From Tissierellia bacterium (GTDB lineage: Bacteria; Bacillota; Clostridia; Tissierellales; Peptoniphilaceae): a DNA stretch of 64,000 bases. Shown here one piece after another: positions 30,186 through 40,353 of this stretch. The position numbers were made by a program, and so were the translations under genes. Each line of letters starts with the position of its first letter. Positions within the stretch are counted from its first letter, which is position 1. Below the pieces are notes generated by a model, which was not told the origin of the DNA, did no database searches, and saw only the letters and a program-made list of their open reading frames with translations. The stretch is from assembly GCA_030527425.1 (NCBI GenBank), contig JAUNAV010000002.1:12601-76600 (forward strand). The letters run 5' to 3'.

Positions 30186-32798
30186 ATGAAGAATTTAGGA
30201 ATAAATGAAATTAGAAAAGAGTTTTTAGAATTTTTTAGAGAAAATGATCATACTGTACTAAAGTCATTTTCTTTAATACCTGAAAATGATAAGTCGCTTT
30301 TATTAATTAATGCAGGTATGGCTCCTTTAAAAATGTATTTTACTGGCGAAAAGAAAATGAAAAATGATAGAGCTACATCATCTCAAAGATGTGTTAGGAC
30401 TCAAGATATAGATAGAGTAGGAAAGACTGAAAGACATGCTACTTTTTTTGAAATGCTAGGTAATTTTTCATTTGGAAATTATTTTAAAAAGGAAGCAATT
30501 CATTGGGCATTTGAATTTTTAACCCAAAGAATGGAAATAGACAAAGATTTAATATGGGTGACTGTATTTAAGGAAGATGAGGAAGCTTATAATATTTGGA
30601 AAAATGAGATAAATATACCCGAAGAAAGAATTCTTAAATTCGATAAGGACGAGAATTTCTGGGAATTAGAGGTAGGTCCATGCGGTCCATGTTCTGAAAT
30701 TTATGTAGATCGTGGTAAAGATCATGCCATTGATGAAAATGACAATAAACCTGGAAATGATAATTCAGATAGATTTATGGAAGTCTGGAATCTTGTTTTC
30801 ACTCAATTTAATAAAAACGAAAAAGGGGAATATGAAAGATTAAAACATCCTAATATTGATACTGGAATGGGTCTTGAAAGACTTGCTATGGTATTGCAAG
30901 AAAAAGATAATATTTTTGAAATTCAATCAATGAAAGATATCATTGGAAAGGTTGAAGAGTTATCTGGGAAAAAATATAAACAAGACAATAAAGTTGATGA
31001 ATCAATGAGAGTTATTGCTGATCATTCAAAGGCTATAACATTCATGGCACTTGATGGCATAATACCTAGCAATGATAAACGTGGATATGTAATGAGACGA
31101 TTGGTAAGAAGAGCATATCGTCATGGAAAGCTTATTGGTATTAAAGGTAATTTTCTAAATGCTATAATTGATAAGATTATTGAAACATATTCATATGAAT
31201 ATTCAGAATTATTAGATGCAAAAGAAATTATTCATAAAGTTATATTGAAAGAAGAAGAAAGATTTCAAAATACAATAGATAAAGGTCTTGAAATTTTAGA
31301 AGATTATATTAAAGAAATGAAAGAACAAAATAATACTATATTAGATGGAGACAAGGCCTTTAAATTATATGATACTTATGGATTTCCTCTAGATCTTACA
31401 AAAGAAATACTTTCTGATTATGGATTTGATGTCGATGAAGATAAATTTAATGAAGATATGAGGACTCAAAAAGAAATGGCAAGAGAAAATAGACAGCTTC
31501 TAGGAGCATGGTCTACTGATACAAATATCGATATTGATGATGTAGAAAAGACTGATTTCATTGGTTATGATGAATTGAAGTCTAATGCAAATATCAAAAA
31601 AATATTTATAGATTCCAAATCAGTTTCATCGATTAATAAAGGTCAAAAGGGTATAATATTACTAGATAAAACTGTCTTTTATGCAGAAGGCGGTGGAGAA
31701 GTTGCTGATACTGGCTTAATTGTTACAGATGATGCTAAAGCTAAGGTATTTGATGTTCAAAAAAACAAAGATGTTTATATGCATTTTATAGAGGTAATAG
31801 AAGGTAGTTTAGCTTTAGAAGAAGTTAGTCTAATTGTTGATAGATCAAGAAGACTTGATATAACCAGAAATCACTCAGCAACACATTTACTAGATCAAGC
31901 ATTGATTGATGTTTTAGGCGATCATATAAAACAAGCTGGTTCTCTTGTTGATAATGAAAAATTAAGATTTGATATTAATCATTATGAAAAGATTAATAAA
32001 AAACAACTTAAGGAAATTGAAAAAATAGTAAATGAAAAAATAAGAGAACAATTACCAGTTGACAAGCAAATAATGAGTTATGAACAAAGCCAAGAAAAAA
32101 ATGCAATAGGACTTTTTGAAGATAAATATAAAGAAAAAGTCAGAGTTGTTTCAATGGGTGATTATTCATGCGAGTTATGTGGTGGTTGTCATGTAAATAA
32201 TACAAGTGAGATTTTAATTTTTAAGATTATATCTGAATCATCTGCAGCAGCAGGAGTTAGAAGAATTGAAGCCATAACTGGAAGAAAAGTTTATGAATAT
32301 CTTTTAGAAAAAGAGAGCTTGATTGATGAGATATCAAATAAAATTAATGCCAAAGAGGACCAAATTTTAACAAAAATTTCTACTTTAGAAGAGACTATCA
32401 AAGAACAAAAACAAAAGATACATGATTTAAAAACAAATACCAATAAAGATATCTTTAATGATTTGGAAAATGAAGTAAAAAATATTAATGGAGTAAATGT
32501 ATTAGCTAAAAGAATTGATGATGTGGATGTATCAACATTTAGAGATTTTGAAAATAGACTAAAAAATAAATTTGATTCAATAATAATAGTCTTTGCTAAA
32601 GCTCAAGAGTCAAAGATTATATTTAATGTCTCTGTAACTGAAGATCTTACTGATAGATATGATGCCGGCAAAATAGTAAGAGAAATTGCTCAAATGACTG
32701 GAGGCAATGGCGGCGGTAGAAAGAACTTCGCTCAAGCTGGAGGAAAAGATATAGACAAATTAGATGATGCTTTAAATCATGTTTATGATTTGATTTAA
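30186..32798 (+). CDS. alaS: alanine--tRNA ligase
   Basis: FEMLGNFSFG, editing-domain HSATHLL, CGGCH, and a DHHA1-like C-terminus with GGGR. Confidence 0.95.
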   Translation: MKNLGINEIRKEFLEFFRENDHTVLKSFSLIPENDKSLLLINAGMAPLKMYFTGEKKMKNDRATSSQRCVRTQDIDRVGKTERHATFFEMLGNFSFGNYFKKEAIHWAFEFLTQRMEIDKDLIWVTVFKEDEEAYNIWKNEINIPEERILKFDKDENFWELEVGPCGPCSEIYVDRGKDHAIDENDNKPGNDNSDRFMEVWNLVFTQFNKNEKGEYERLKHPNIDTGMGLERLAMVLQEKDNIFEIQSMKDIIGKVEELSGKKYKQDNKVDESMRVIADHSKAITFMALDGIIPSNDKRGYVMRRLVRRAYRHGKLIGIKGNFLNAIIDKIIETYSYEYSELLDAKEIIHKVILKEEERFQNTIDKGLEILEDYIKEMKEQNNTILDGDKAFKLYDTYGFPLDLTKEILSDYGFDVDEDKFNEDMRTQKEMARENRQLLGAWSTDTNIDIDDVEKTDFIGYDELKSNANIKKIFIDSKSVSSINKGQKGIILLDKTVFYAEGGGEVADTGLIVTDDAKAKVFDVQKNKDVYMHFIEVIEGSLALEEVSLIVDRSRRLDITRNHSATHLLDQALIDVLGDHIKQAGSLVDNEKLRFDINHYEKINKKQLKEIEKIVNEKIREQLPVDKQIMSYEQSQEKNAIGLFEDKYKEKVRVVSMGDYSCELCGGCHVNNTSEILIFKIISESSAAAGVRRIEAITGRKVYEYLLEKESLIDEISNKINAKEDQILTKISTLEETIKEQKQKIHDLKTNTNKDIFNDLENEVKNINGVNVLAKRIDDVDVSTFRDFENRLKNKFDSIIIVFAKAQESKIIFNVSVTEDLTDRYDAGKIVREIAQMTGGNGGGRKNFAQAGGKDIDKLDDALNHVYDLI

Positions 32799-32814
32799 TA
32801 AAATGGGAGGAAAT

Positions 32815-33075
32815 ATGTCTAATAAACAATTCAATGAAACGATGTTATTTAAACCTCAAAGAGAAGAAAACAAGAATATTAGAAGCATTATTAAGAAAGT
32901 ATATGATTCATTAGAGGATAAAGGATATAAACCTACAAATCAAATTATAGGTTATATTTTATCTGGAGATCCTACTTATATAACTAGCCACAATGATGCT
33001 AGAAAAATGATAAGACAAATTGATAGAGACGAAATTCTTGAAGAGTTATTAGACTTTTACATGACTCATGAGTAG
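32815..33075 (+). CDS. ireB: IreB-family regulatory phosphoprotein (UPF0297)
   Basis: TMLFKPQ...VYDSLEDKGYKPTNQIIGYILSGDPTYITSHNDAR. SD gggagg precedes ATG 32815. Confidence 0.8.
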   Translation: MSNKQFNETMLFKPQREENKNIRSIIKKVYDSLEDKGYKPTNQIIGYILSGDPTYITSHNDARKMIRQIDRDEILEELLDFYMTHE

Positions 33076-33478
33076 AATAATGGGATTAGACTTAGGTGAT
33101 AAAACTATTGGAGTCGCATTAAGCGACCCCTTCTTTATCACTGCTCAGCCTCATATTACAATAAGAAGAAAAAAGACCAGTGAAGATATTGAAAAATTAA
33201 AAGACATTATAGATCAATATCAAGTAGAAAAAATCGTATTGGGCCTTCCCAAAAATATGAATAATACTTTAGGTCCACAAGGACAAAAGGTGGTCTCTTT
33301 TGCAGATATATTAAGAAAAAAAACTCAAAAAGAAGTAATATATCAAGATGAAAGATTAACAACAATACAAAGTGAAAGAGTACTTATGAATATGAAGGTC
33401 AGACGTGAAAATCGTAAAAAGTATATAGATAAGATTGCAGCAGCTTTTATCTTGCAAACTTTTCTTGATAGGAGTTAA
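33068..33478 (+). CDS. ruvX: putative pre-16S rRNA nuclease / Holliday junction resolvase-like RuvX (YqgF)
   Basis: RIMGLDLGDKTIGVALSD N-terminus and DERLTT motif. Confidence 0.85.
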   Translation: MSRIMGLDLGDKTIGVALSDPFFITAQPHITIRRKKTSEDIEKLKDIIDQYQVEKIVLGLPKNMNNTLGPQGQKVVSFADILRKKTQKEVIYQDERLTTIQSERVLMNMKVRRENRKKYIDKIAAAFILQTFLDRS

Positions 33479-33479
33479 C

Positions 33480-33710
33480 ATGGATACGATTGAATTAATT
33501 GATGAAAATGGAGAGTTAAAAAAATTTAAAATAATAGATACATTTGGGGTAGATGACTACGATTATGCAGCTTTATCTCCTTATGATGATGAAAGGATAA
33601 TGATTCTTCAAATCATAAATGAAAATGGGGAGATAAACTTTAAATCAATTGATGATCAAAACGAATTAAACGAGATCATTGAAGTTTATGAACAAATGAA
33701 GAGAGGTTAA
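33480..33710 (+). CDS. DUF1292-family small acidic protein (YrzB-like)
   Basis: 76 aa, with IELIDENGE...F...DDYDYAAL pattern. Conserved position after ruvX. SD aggag upstream. Confidence 0.7.
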   Translation: MDTIELIDENGELKKFKIIDTFGVDDYDYAALSPYDDERIMILQIINENGEINFKSIDDQNELNEIIEVYEQMKRG

Positions 33711-33711
33711 A

Positions 33712-34146
33712 ATGGAGATAACAGAATTAAGAGAAATATTTGAAAAAAATGGACATAAATTTACCAAGCAAAGACAAATAATTTTTAAAGCTTTAAGTGA
33801 TTCTGTTCATAAGCATTTAACTCCTGAAGAGCTTTTTTCAACAGTTCATGAACAAAATCCATCTATCGGGATAGCTACAGTCTATAGAACTTTAAATATA
33901 TTTGAAGAATTAGGAATTGTTCAAAAACAAGAATTTAAAGATTCAATAAATAAATATGAATTAGCTGGAGAAAATGAACATCATGACCACTTAATCTGTA
34001 CCAATTGTGGTCATATTTATGAAGGACAGATGTTTTCAATTGATAAGCTAAAAAAATATATAAAAGAGAATTATGATTTTGATATGACTGACTATTCTTT
34101 AAAAATCTATGGAACCTGCTCCAAATGTGATAAACAGAAGGAGTGA
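33712..34146 (+). CDS. Fur-family metalloregulator (PerR/Fur-like)
   Basis: TKQRQIIFKAL, IATVYRTLNIFEELGIV, HHDHLICTNCG and a C-terminal CSKC zinc site. Confidence 0.85.
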   Translation: MEITELREIFEKNGHKFTKQRQIIFKALSDSVHKHLTPEELFSTVHEQNPSIGIATVYRTLNIFEELGIVQKQEFKDSINKYELAGENEHHDHLICTNCGHIYEGQMFSIDKLKKYIKENYDFDMTDYSLKIYGTCSKCDKQKE

Positions 34147-34148
34147 AA

Positions 34149-35819
34149 ATGACAAAAGCAAACAAGCTTAAAATTATACCGCTTGGCGGTTTAGGTGAAG
34201 TTGGAAAGAATATGACAGTAGTCGAATATAAAAATGACATTATTGTTATCGACTGCGGTTTGACTTTTCCTGATCAGGAGATGCTAGGTGTAGATATAGT
34301 TATACCAGATATCACATATCTTGAAGAAAATAAAGATAAATTACGTGGGATTTTTATAACCCATGGTCACGAAGACCATTTGGGGGCAGTACCCTATGTT
34401 TTAAAACAAATTGATACTAATATATATTGTTCTAAATTAACAAAAGGATTATTAGAAAATAAGTTTAAAGAACATGGCTTAAACTCAAATAGACTCAAGA
34501 TGGTAAATGTAAATAATACTGTTAATGTTGGAGAATTAAGTTGTGAGTTTATAAGAGTAAGCCATTCAATTCCAGATAGTTGCGCTATAGCTGTTAAGTC
34601 TCCAGTTGGAACTGTAATATTTACAGGCGATTTTAAAATGGATTTTACTCCAATCGATCATGAAGTAACAGATATACAAAGACTTGCAGAATTAGGTAGA
34701 AAAGGAGTACTTTGCTTATTTGCAGATAGTACAAATGTCGAACGTGAAGGATACACCATGAGTGAAAGTAAAGTAGGAGAGACTTTTAAACAGCTCTTTG
34801 CTGAAGCTCCTTCAAGAATAATTGTTGCTACTTTTGCATCAAATCTACACAGAGTTCAGCAAGTTATTTTTGCAGCGGAAAGATTTAAGAAAAAAGTTGT
34901 TTTATCTGGAAGAAGTATGCTAAATAATGTGAGAATAGCAAGTAATCTTGGATATTTAAAAATAAATAAAAATACTCTTATTGACATAAGAGATATAAAT
35001 AATTATCCAGAAGATGAAATAGTAATTTTGTCAACTGGAACCCAAGGTGAGCCATTAAGTGCTCTTACAAGAATGGCGAAAGGTGAGCATAAAAAAGTAC
35101 ATTTAAACTCAAATGATACTGTTATATTGTCAGCTTCAGCTATTCCAGGCAATGAGATGGCTATTTCTAATACTATAAATAGATTGACAGAAATTGGAGT
35201 AAATATTATATATTCTTCTCTTGCTGATGTTCATGTTTCAGGACATGCTTGTCAAGAAGAGATAAAGTTGATGCACCAACTTACAATGCCTAAATTTTTT
35301 ATTCCAGCACATGGTGAGCCTAGACAATTATATAAACATAAAGAAATTGCAAAAGCTATGGGAATGCCATCTGAGAATATCATAATTGCAGAAAATGGTT
35401 CGGTTATTGAACTTACAAAAAGATCTGCAAAAATCACATCTAAAGTCCAAGCAGGAAATGTATTAGTAGATGGATCTGGAATAGGAGATGTTGGAAATAT
35501 TGTATTAAAAGATAGAAAACATCTTTCAGAAGATGGCTTGATTGTAGTATCATTGACATTTGAGACAAAAACTCAAAAGTTAATAGCAGGTCCTGATATT
35601 GTTTCAAGAGGATTTGTCTATGTCAAAGAGAGTCAAGACATAATAGAAAAAGCTAAGAAGATTGTTTTGCGTACGCTTAAAAAGTGCGAGAAAAATAATA
35701 TACATGCTTGGAGCCAAATTAAATATCATATAAGAGAAAGTCTAAAATCTTTTGTTTATAATGAGACTCAAAGAGATCCGATGATACTACCAATAATTTC
35801 AGAGATTAACGATGACTAA
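34149..35819 (+). CDS. rnj: ribonuclease J
   Basis: IIPLGGLGEVGKN, beta-lactamase motif THGHEDHLGA, beta-CASP HVSGHA. ATG 34149 preferred over GTG 34143 from SD spacing. Confidence 0.9.
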   Translation: MTKANKLKIIPLGGLGEVGKNMTVVEYKNDIIVIDCGLTFPDQEMLGVDIVIPDITYLEENKDKLRGIFITHGHEDHLGAVPYVLKQIDTNIYCSKLTKGLLENKFKEHGLNSNRLKMVNVNNTVNVGELSCEFIRVSHSIPDSCAIAVKSPVGTVIFTGDFKMDFTPIDHEVTDIQRLAELGRKGVLCLFADSTNVEREGYTMSESKVGETFKQLFAEAPSRIIVATFASNLHRVQQVIFAAERFKKKVVLSGRSMLNNVRIASNLGYLKINKNTLIDIRDINNYPEDEIVILSTGTQGEPLSALTRMAKGEHKKVHLNSNDTVILSASAIPGNEMAISNTINRLTEIGVNIIYSSLADVHVSGHACQEEIKLMHQLTMPKFFIPAHGEPRQLYKHKEIAKAMGMPSENIIIAENGSVIELTKRSAKITSKVQAGNVLVDGSGIGDVGNIVLKDRKHLSEDGLIVVSLTFETKTQKLIAGPDIVSRGFVYVKESQDIIEKAKKIVLRTLKKCEKNNIHAWSQIKYHIRESLKSFVYNETQRDPMILPIISEINDD

Positions 35820-36453
35820 GATAAATTATGATTATATAGAAAAATATCTTGACGATTTAAATGATGATTATTCTTTAAATGTTTTAAGAATGAAAGCTAT
35901 AGAAAATAAGGTGCCTATTATTCGAAGATCATCTTTAAAATTTCTAGAGACTATAATTAAGATAAAAAATCCGAAAAATATACTAGAATTAGGAACAGCT
36001 ATTGGATATTCTACGATTTGTCTAAGAAAATTAGCTAATTGCAAGATAACTAGTATTGAATTGTCAAAGAAAAATTATAATCAAGCATTAAATAATATTG
36101 AAAAATATGATTATGATAATTTAAAACTATATAATTTAATAAATTGCGATGCAATAAAAGCCTTGAAAACTATTAATCAAGGCTTTGATTTTGTATTTAT
36201 AGATTGTGACAAATCCCATTACAAAGAATATTTTAACGAATGTGATAGATTATTAAAAAATGGTGGAATAATTGTTTGTGATAATATTTTGTTTAATGGC
36301 CAAGTTGCTTCTGATGACTTAGTTAAAAAAAGAGATATAACTATTGTAAAAAGATTAAGAGAATTTTTAGTCTATTTGGAAAATTTAGAAAATTACACCA
36401 CAACATTTGTGCCAATTGGTGATGGAATTAGTATAAGTATAAAGGAGTTTTGA
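35812..36453 (+). CDS. class I SAM-dependent O-methyltransferase (YrrM/TrmR-like)
   Basis: SAM motif ILELGTAIGYST, and FDFVFIDCDK. Precedes the U32 peptidase gene as in B. subtilis yrrM-yrrNO. Confidence 0.8.
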   Translation: MTKINYDYIEKYLDDLNDDYSLNVLRMKAIENKVPIIRRSSLKFLETIIKIKNPKNILELGTAIGYSTICLRKLANCKITSIELSKKNYNQALNNIEKYDYDNLKLYNLINCDAIKALKTINQGFDFVFIDCDKSHYKEYFNECDRLLKNGGIIVCDNILFNGQVASDDLVKKRDITIVKRLREFLVYLENLENYTTTFVPIGDGISISIKEF

Positions 36454-37676
36454 TGAAAAAAGTTGAATTATTAGCACCTGCAGGAGATTTTGATAGATTA
36501 AAAACTGCAATTAAATTTGGAGCTGATGCTGTTTATCTTGCAGGAGATAATTTCGGATTGCGAAAGAATGCAAAAAATTTTGATTTTGATCAATTGAAAG
36601 AAGCTGTAAAATATGCTCATGATAAAAATGTAAGAGTTCATGTGACTATGAATGTATTACCACATGATAATGATATGAAGGGAATAGTTGAATATGTAAA
36701 ATATCTTGATGAGATCGGGGTGGATGCACTGATAATATCTGATCCAGGAATATTTCAAATTGCAAAAGATAATTCGAATATTGATTTGCATATTAGTACT
36801 CAAGCGTCTGTAACTAATTCTCAAACTGTTAATTTCTGGTATAATCAAGGTGCAAAAAGAGTTATCTTGGCAAGAGAATTGTCGCTTGATGAAATTAAAG
36901 ATATTAAAAATAATGCGCCTAAAGATTTAGAAATTGAATGTTTTATACATGGTGCTATGTGCATATCCTATTCGGGAAGATGTCTTTTGAGCAATTATAT
37001 GACTGCTAGAGATGCTAATAGAGGAGATTGCGCACATGCATGTAGATGGAAATATTCATTACAGGAAGAAAAAAGACCAGGAGAATATTTTCCAATTGTA
37101 GAAGATGAAAGAGGCACATATATCTTTAATTCAAAAGATCTTTGTCTAATAGATGAATTAGACAAATTAATTGAAGCTGGAATTGACAGTTTTAAAATTG
37201 AAGGAAGAATGAAAACACAGTTTTATGTTGCTACAGTAATCAGAAGTTATAGGCAGGCGATTGATGCTTATTACAATGGTAAATATAATGAAGGAATTGC
37301 AAAAAAATATTTAAATGAAATTAGAAAGGCAAGTCACAGACATTTTACTAAAGCATTTTTTGACAATAAAGCAGATCATAATTCTCAAATCTATGATTCA
37401 AGTTCTTATATAAGAGGATATGATTTTATTGCTTTAGTTTTAGATTATGACGAAGACAAGAAACTAGCAAAAATTGAACAAAGGAATAGATTCTTTAAAG
37501 GAGATAAAGTAGAAATCTTTGGAAATAGTGAGGATTTTATTGATTATACTTTTGATAAGATAATTAATGAAGATGGTGAAGAAGTCGAGCTTTGCAATCA
37601 TCCAAAAGAAGTATTATATATAGAAATTGATCAAAAACTTGAACCTGGAGACATGATTAGAAGAAAAATCGATTAA
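36453..37676 (+). CDS. peptidase U32 family protein (YrrO/TrhP-like)
   Basis: VELLAPAG N-terminus and ECFIHGAMCISYSGRCLLSNY motif. Confidence 0.85.
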   Translation: MKKVELLAPAGDFDRLKTAIKFGADAVYLAGDNFGLRKNAKNFDFDQLKEAVKYAHDKNVRVHVTMNVLPHDNDMKGIVEYVKYLDEIGVDALIISDPGIFQIAKDNSNIDLHISTQASVTNSQTVNFWYNQGAKRVILARELSLDEIKDIKNNAPKDLEIECFIHGAMCISYSGRCLLSNYMTARDANRGDCAHACRWKYSLQEEKRPGEYFPIVEDERGTYIFNSKDLCLIDELDKLIEAGIDSFKIEGRMKTQFYVATVIRSYRQAIDAYYNGKYNEGIAKKYLNEIRKASHRHFTKAFFDNKADHNSQIYDSSSYIRGYDFIALVLDYDEDKKLAKIEQRNRFFKGDKVEIFGNSEDFIDYTFDKIINEDGEEVELCNHPKEVLYIEIDQKLEPGDMIRRKID

Positions 37677-37708
37677 AAAATCCGAAGCTAAAATTGCTTC
37701 GGATTTTC
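37675..37708. terminator. bidirectional intrinsic terminator between convergent U32 and rqcH genes
   Basis: Stem atccgaagc / gcttcggat, flanked by an A-run upstream and a T-run downstream. Confidence 0.8.
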
Positions 37709-39466
37709 TCATTTGCTTATTAATTGTAAATTTTTTTCATGATCATAATCCATGTCAATTGATATTGTTTTAAAATTTTCATAATAAACCATACCCAGTT
37801 TGGCGCCTTTTGGTTTGTTAACATTCTTTTTTAAAGTATAATCAACATCAATAATTTTATCATTTTTTACTGAAGAATGCTTAGCTGCTAAAAAAGCTGC
37901 TGATATTATATCTTCTTCTTTTAAATTGCCATTTGGCTTTAAGATAACATGGCTGCCAGCTAAATTTCTAACATGCAAAAAATAATCGTCTTTATTTGCC
38001 ATTTTTAAAGTCAAATAATCATTCTGTTTACTATTTTTTCCAATATAAATATCTGAATTGTTTACAGTCCTATAATGAATTGGTTTAGATTTTTTATTTC
38101 TTATTTTATTTCTTTTTTGATTTTTTCTTTTTATTATTTTATTATCTTCTAATTCTTCTCTTATATCATCAAGTTCATCTATACTATAGGCTCTTTCTAT
38201 GAAGTCACTGACCTGTTCTAAATATTTGATTTCTAATAATTGTTTAGGAAGATCATTTTTTGCAAATTCTATTGATTTTTTAATCTTCTTACTTTTTTTA
38301 TAATATGCGTCAATATTACCCCATACATCTTTTTTTGGATCCAATGTGATTTTTATTTTTTTATTGTCATTATAAAAATCTGAAACTTCTACTTCTTTGT
38401 CTCCTTTTTTTACATTATAAACATTTGCGCTTAAGAGATCGCCTTTTTTTCTATTTTTTGTAATTCTATCTTCTTTTTTAATATTATCATTTAGTATACT
38501 TATTTTCTTTTTTGTAGCTTTTATTGAATTGTTAATTTTTTTAATAAGATCATTTTTAATTTGTCTTAATCTATCATGCACTTGATTAAATGAAAAAAAC
38601 ATATCTATAGCTTCGCTCATAGAATCTAATTTGATATTTTTATAAGTTGTGGATTTTAGATTAAAAGCGTAGAATTCCTTGTACTTTTCTTCTGACCTCA
38701 AAAGAGTTGGACTAAAATCATTTTTTTTAATTTTCTCTATGAAAAAATGAAAATTTTTATTTAATCTATTTTTCTCATCTTCACTGATTAATTTCCAATT
38801 AAGATCTGTATCAATATCAGAAATATAGCAAATTTCTTTTGCAAATGTAGGGGATAGACCTGTATAAAATTCATAAAATAATTTTTTAGGATTTTGGCTA
38901 TCTTTTAATTTTTGGTCCAAATATAAAATATCCTCTTTGAAATTTTCATCTAGTATATTAAATTTGTCATCTTTTGGGAAAAAATATTTAAAGCCTGGTA
39001 ATACTTGTCTAACACTAGAGATATTATCACTTATTCTTTTAATAGAATCTATTATCTTATAATTTTCATCTGTTAGTATGATATTTGAGTATTTTCCCAT
39101 AATTTCTACAATCAATTTTTTTTCACCATTAAATCCTAGCTCATCGATACTTGATATTGTAAAAATTAATACTCTATCGAGTTTATTTTGTTCGATATTT
39201 AATATTTTTCCTTGATTTAGATGCTTTCTTAGAACCATACAAAAATTAGGTGGGGTTATTGGATTCTCAAATTTTCTATTTGTAAAATGCACACGGGCTT
39301 CTGAATTATTTGCTGAAAGCAATAATTTAAAGCTTTTTGATCTAGAATATATATTAAGAATAATATCATTTTTGGACGGCTGGGTAATTTTTTGTATTTT
39401 ACCTCCCTTTATTTCCTTTAATAATTGTGTTAATATGGATCTTGTCACAATTCCATCATAGCTCAT
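37709..39466 (-). CDS. rqcH: ribosome quality control factor RqcH (NFACT / FbpA family)
   Basis: NFACT-N MSYDGIVTRSI, a long coiled-coil middle region, and NFACT-R HVRNLAGSHVILK. 585 aa. Confidence 0.85.
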   Translation of the reverse strand: MSYDGIVTRSILTQLLKEIKGGKIQKITQPSKNDIILNIYSRSKSFKLLLSANNSEARVHFTNRKFENPITPPNFCMVLRKHLNQGKILNIEQNKLDRVLIFTISSIDELGFNGEKKLIVEIMGKYSNIILTDENYKIIDSIKRISDNISSVRQVLPGFKYFFPKDDKFNILDENFKEDILYLDQKLKDSQNPKKLFYEFYTGLSPTFAKEICYISDIDTDLNWKLISEDEKNRLNKNFHFFIEKIKKNDFSPTLLRSEEKYKEFYAFNLKSTTYKNIKLDSMSEAIDMFFSFNQVHDRLRQIKNDLIKKINNSIKATKKKISILNDNIKKEDRITKNRKKGDLLSANVYNVKKGDKEVEVSDFYNDNKKIKITLDPKKDVWGNIDAYYKKSKKIKKSIEFAKNDLPKQLLEIKYLEQVSDFIERAYSIDELDDIREELEDNKIIKRKNQKRNKIRNKKSKPIHYRTVNNSDIYIGKNSKQNDYLTLKMANKDDYFLHVRNLAGSHVILKPNGNLKEEDIISAAFLAAKHSSVKNDKIIDVDYTLKKNVNKPKGAKLGMVYYENFKTISIDMDYDHEKNLQLISK

Positions 39467-39483
39467 TTAATCACCTCTTTAAT

Positions 39484-39492
39484 ATTATAACA
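39484..39492 (-). promoter_or_regulatory. putative extended -10 promoter TGTTATAAT for rqcH
   Basis: The minus strand reads ttcaag-17 nt-TATAAT preceded by TGT, then attaaagaggtgattaaATG. This implies a very short leader. Confidence 0.4.
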
Positions 39493-39507
39493 AAGCAGTG
39501 AATTTAC

Positions 39508-39536
39508 TTGAAGGAAAATGTGGAATAAAGTAAAAT
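39508..39536 (+). promoter_or_regulatory. putative sigma-A promoter for the gmk-rpoZ-coaBC-priA unit
   Basis: TTGAAG, 17-nt spacer, TAAAAT; SD aaaggagg before ATG 39554. Confidence 0.5.
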
Positions 39537-39553
39537 ATTGAAAAGGAGGCAGG

Positions 39554-40159
39554 ATGAAAAGAGGTTTTTTATTAGTAGTTTCTGGACCTTCAGGAGTTGG
39601 AAAAGGTACTGTTTTACATGATTTAATGAATACTCAAAAAAATTTAGTCTATTCTGTTTCAGCTACAACTAGAAATAAAAGAGAAGGCGAAATTGACGGG
39701 ATCAGTTATTTTTTTATAGATAAAAATGATTTTGAAAAAATGATTGAAAATGATGAGTTTCTAGAATATGCTCATGTACATAATAATTATTATGGAACCC
39801 CTAAACACTTTGTTGAAAAAAAGATTGAAGAAGGAAAAATAGTAATATTAGAAATAGATGTACAAGGTGCTATGAATATCAAAAGAAATACAGATAATGG
39901 TGTTTTTGTATTTTTAGCTCCGCCAAGTCTTAAAGAATTAAAAAATAGAATAGTAAAAAGAGGAACTGAATCAGTAGAAGACATAAAAATCAGAATGAAC
40001 AATGCCATTGGTGAATTAAAATACATTGATGAATATGATTATTTGGTAGTAAATGATCATCTAAATTCTGCTATTAATTCTGTTAATGAGATAATTAATG
40101 CTGAAAAACACAAAGTTTCTAGAAGTAATTATAATTTCAAGGAGGAAAGTGAAATATGA
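39554..40159 (+). CDS. gmk: guanylate kinase
   Basis: P-loop SGPSGVGKGT, SATTR, YYGT. Confidence 0.95.
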   Translation: MKRGFLLVVSGPSGVGKGTVLHDLMNTQKNLVYSVSATTRNKREGEIDGISYFFIDKNDFEKMIENDEFLEYAHVHNNYYGTPKHFVEKKIEEGKIVILEIDVQGAMNIKRNTDNGVFVFLAPPSLKELKNRIVKRGTESVEDIKIRMNNAIGELKYIDEYDYLVVNDHLNSAINSVNEIINAEKHKVSRSNYNFKEESEI

Positions 40160-40353
40160 TAAATCCATCTTTTAAAGAATTATCTGAGGTAAGTAAAAGT
40201 AGATATGAAATATGTATGATGGTTGCAAAAAGAGCAAGAAGAATCGTTAATGGTTCAAATAAACTTGCTGATAAAGTTCAGTCAAAACCAGTTACTGAAG
40301 CACTACAAGAAATTGTAGAGGGAAAAGTAGTTAAAAATGACATTGAAAAATAA
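40156..40353 (+). CDS. rpoZ: DNA-directed RNA polymerase subunit omega
   Basis: 65 aa, SRYEICMMVAKRARRI. ATGA overlap with gmk. Confidence 0.85.
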   Translation: MINPSFKELSEVSKSRYEICMMVAKRARRIVNGSNKLADKVQSKPVTEALQEIVEGKVVKNDIEK

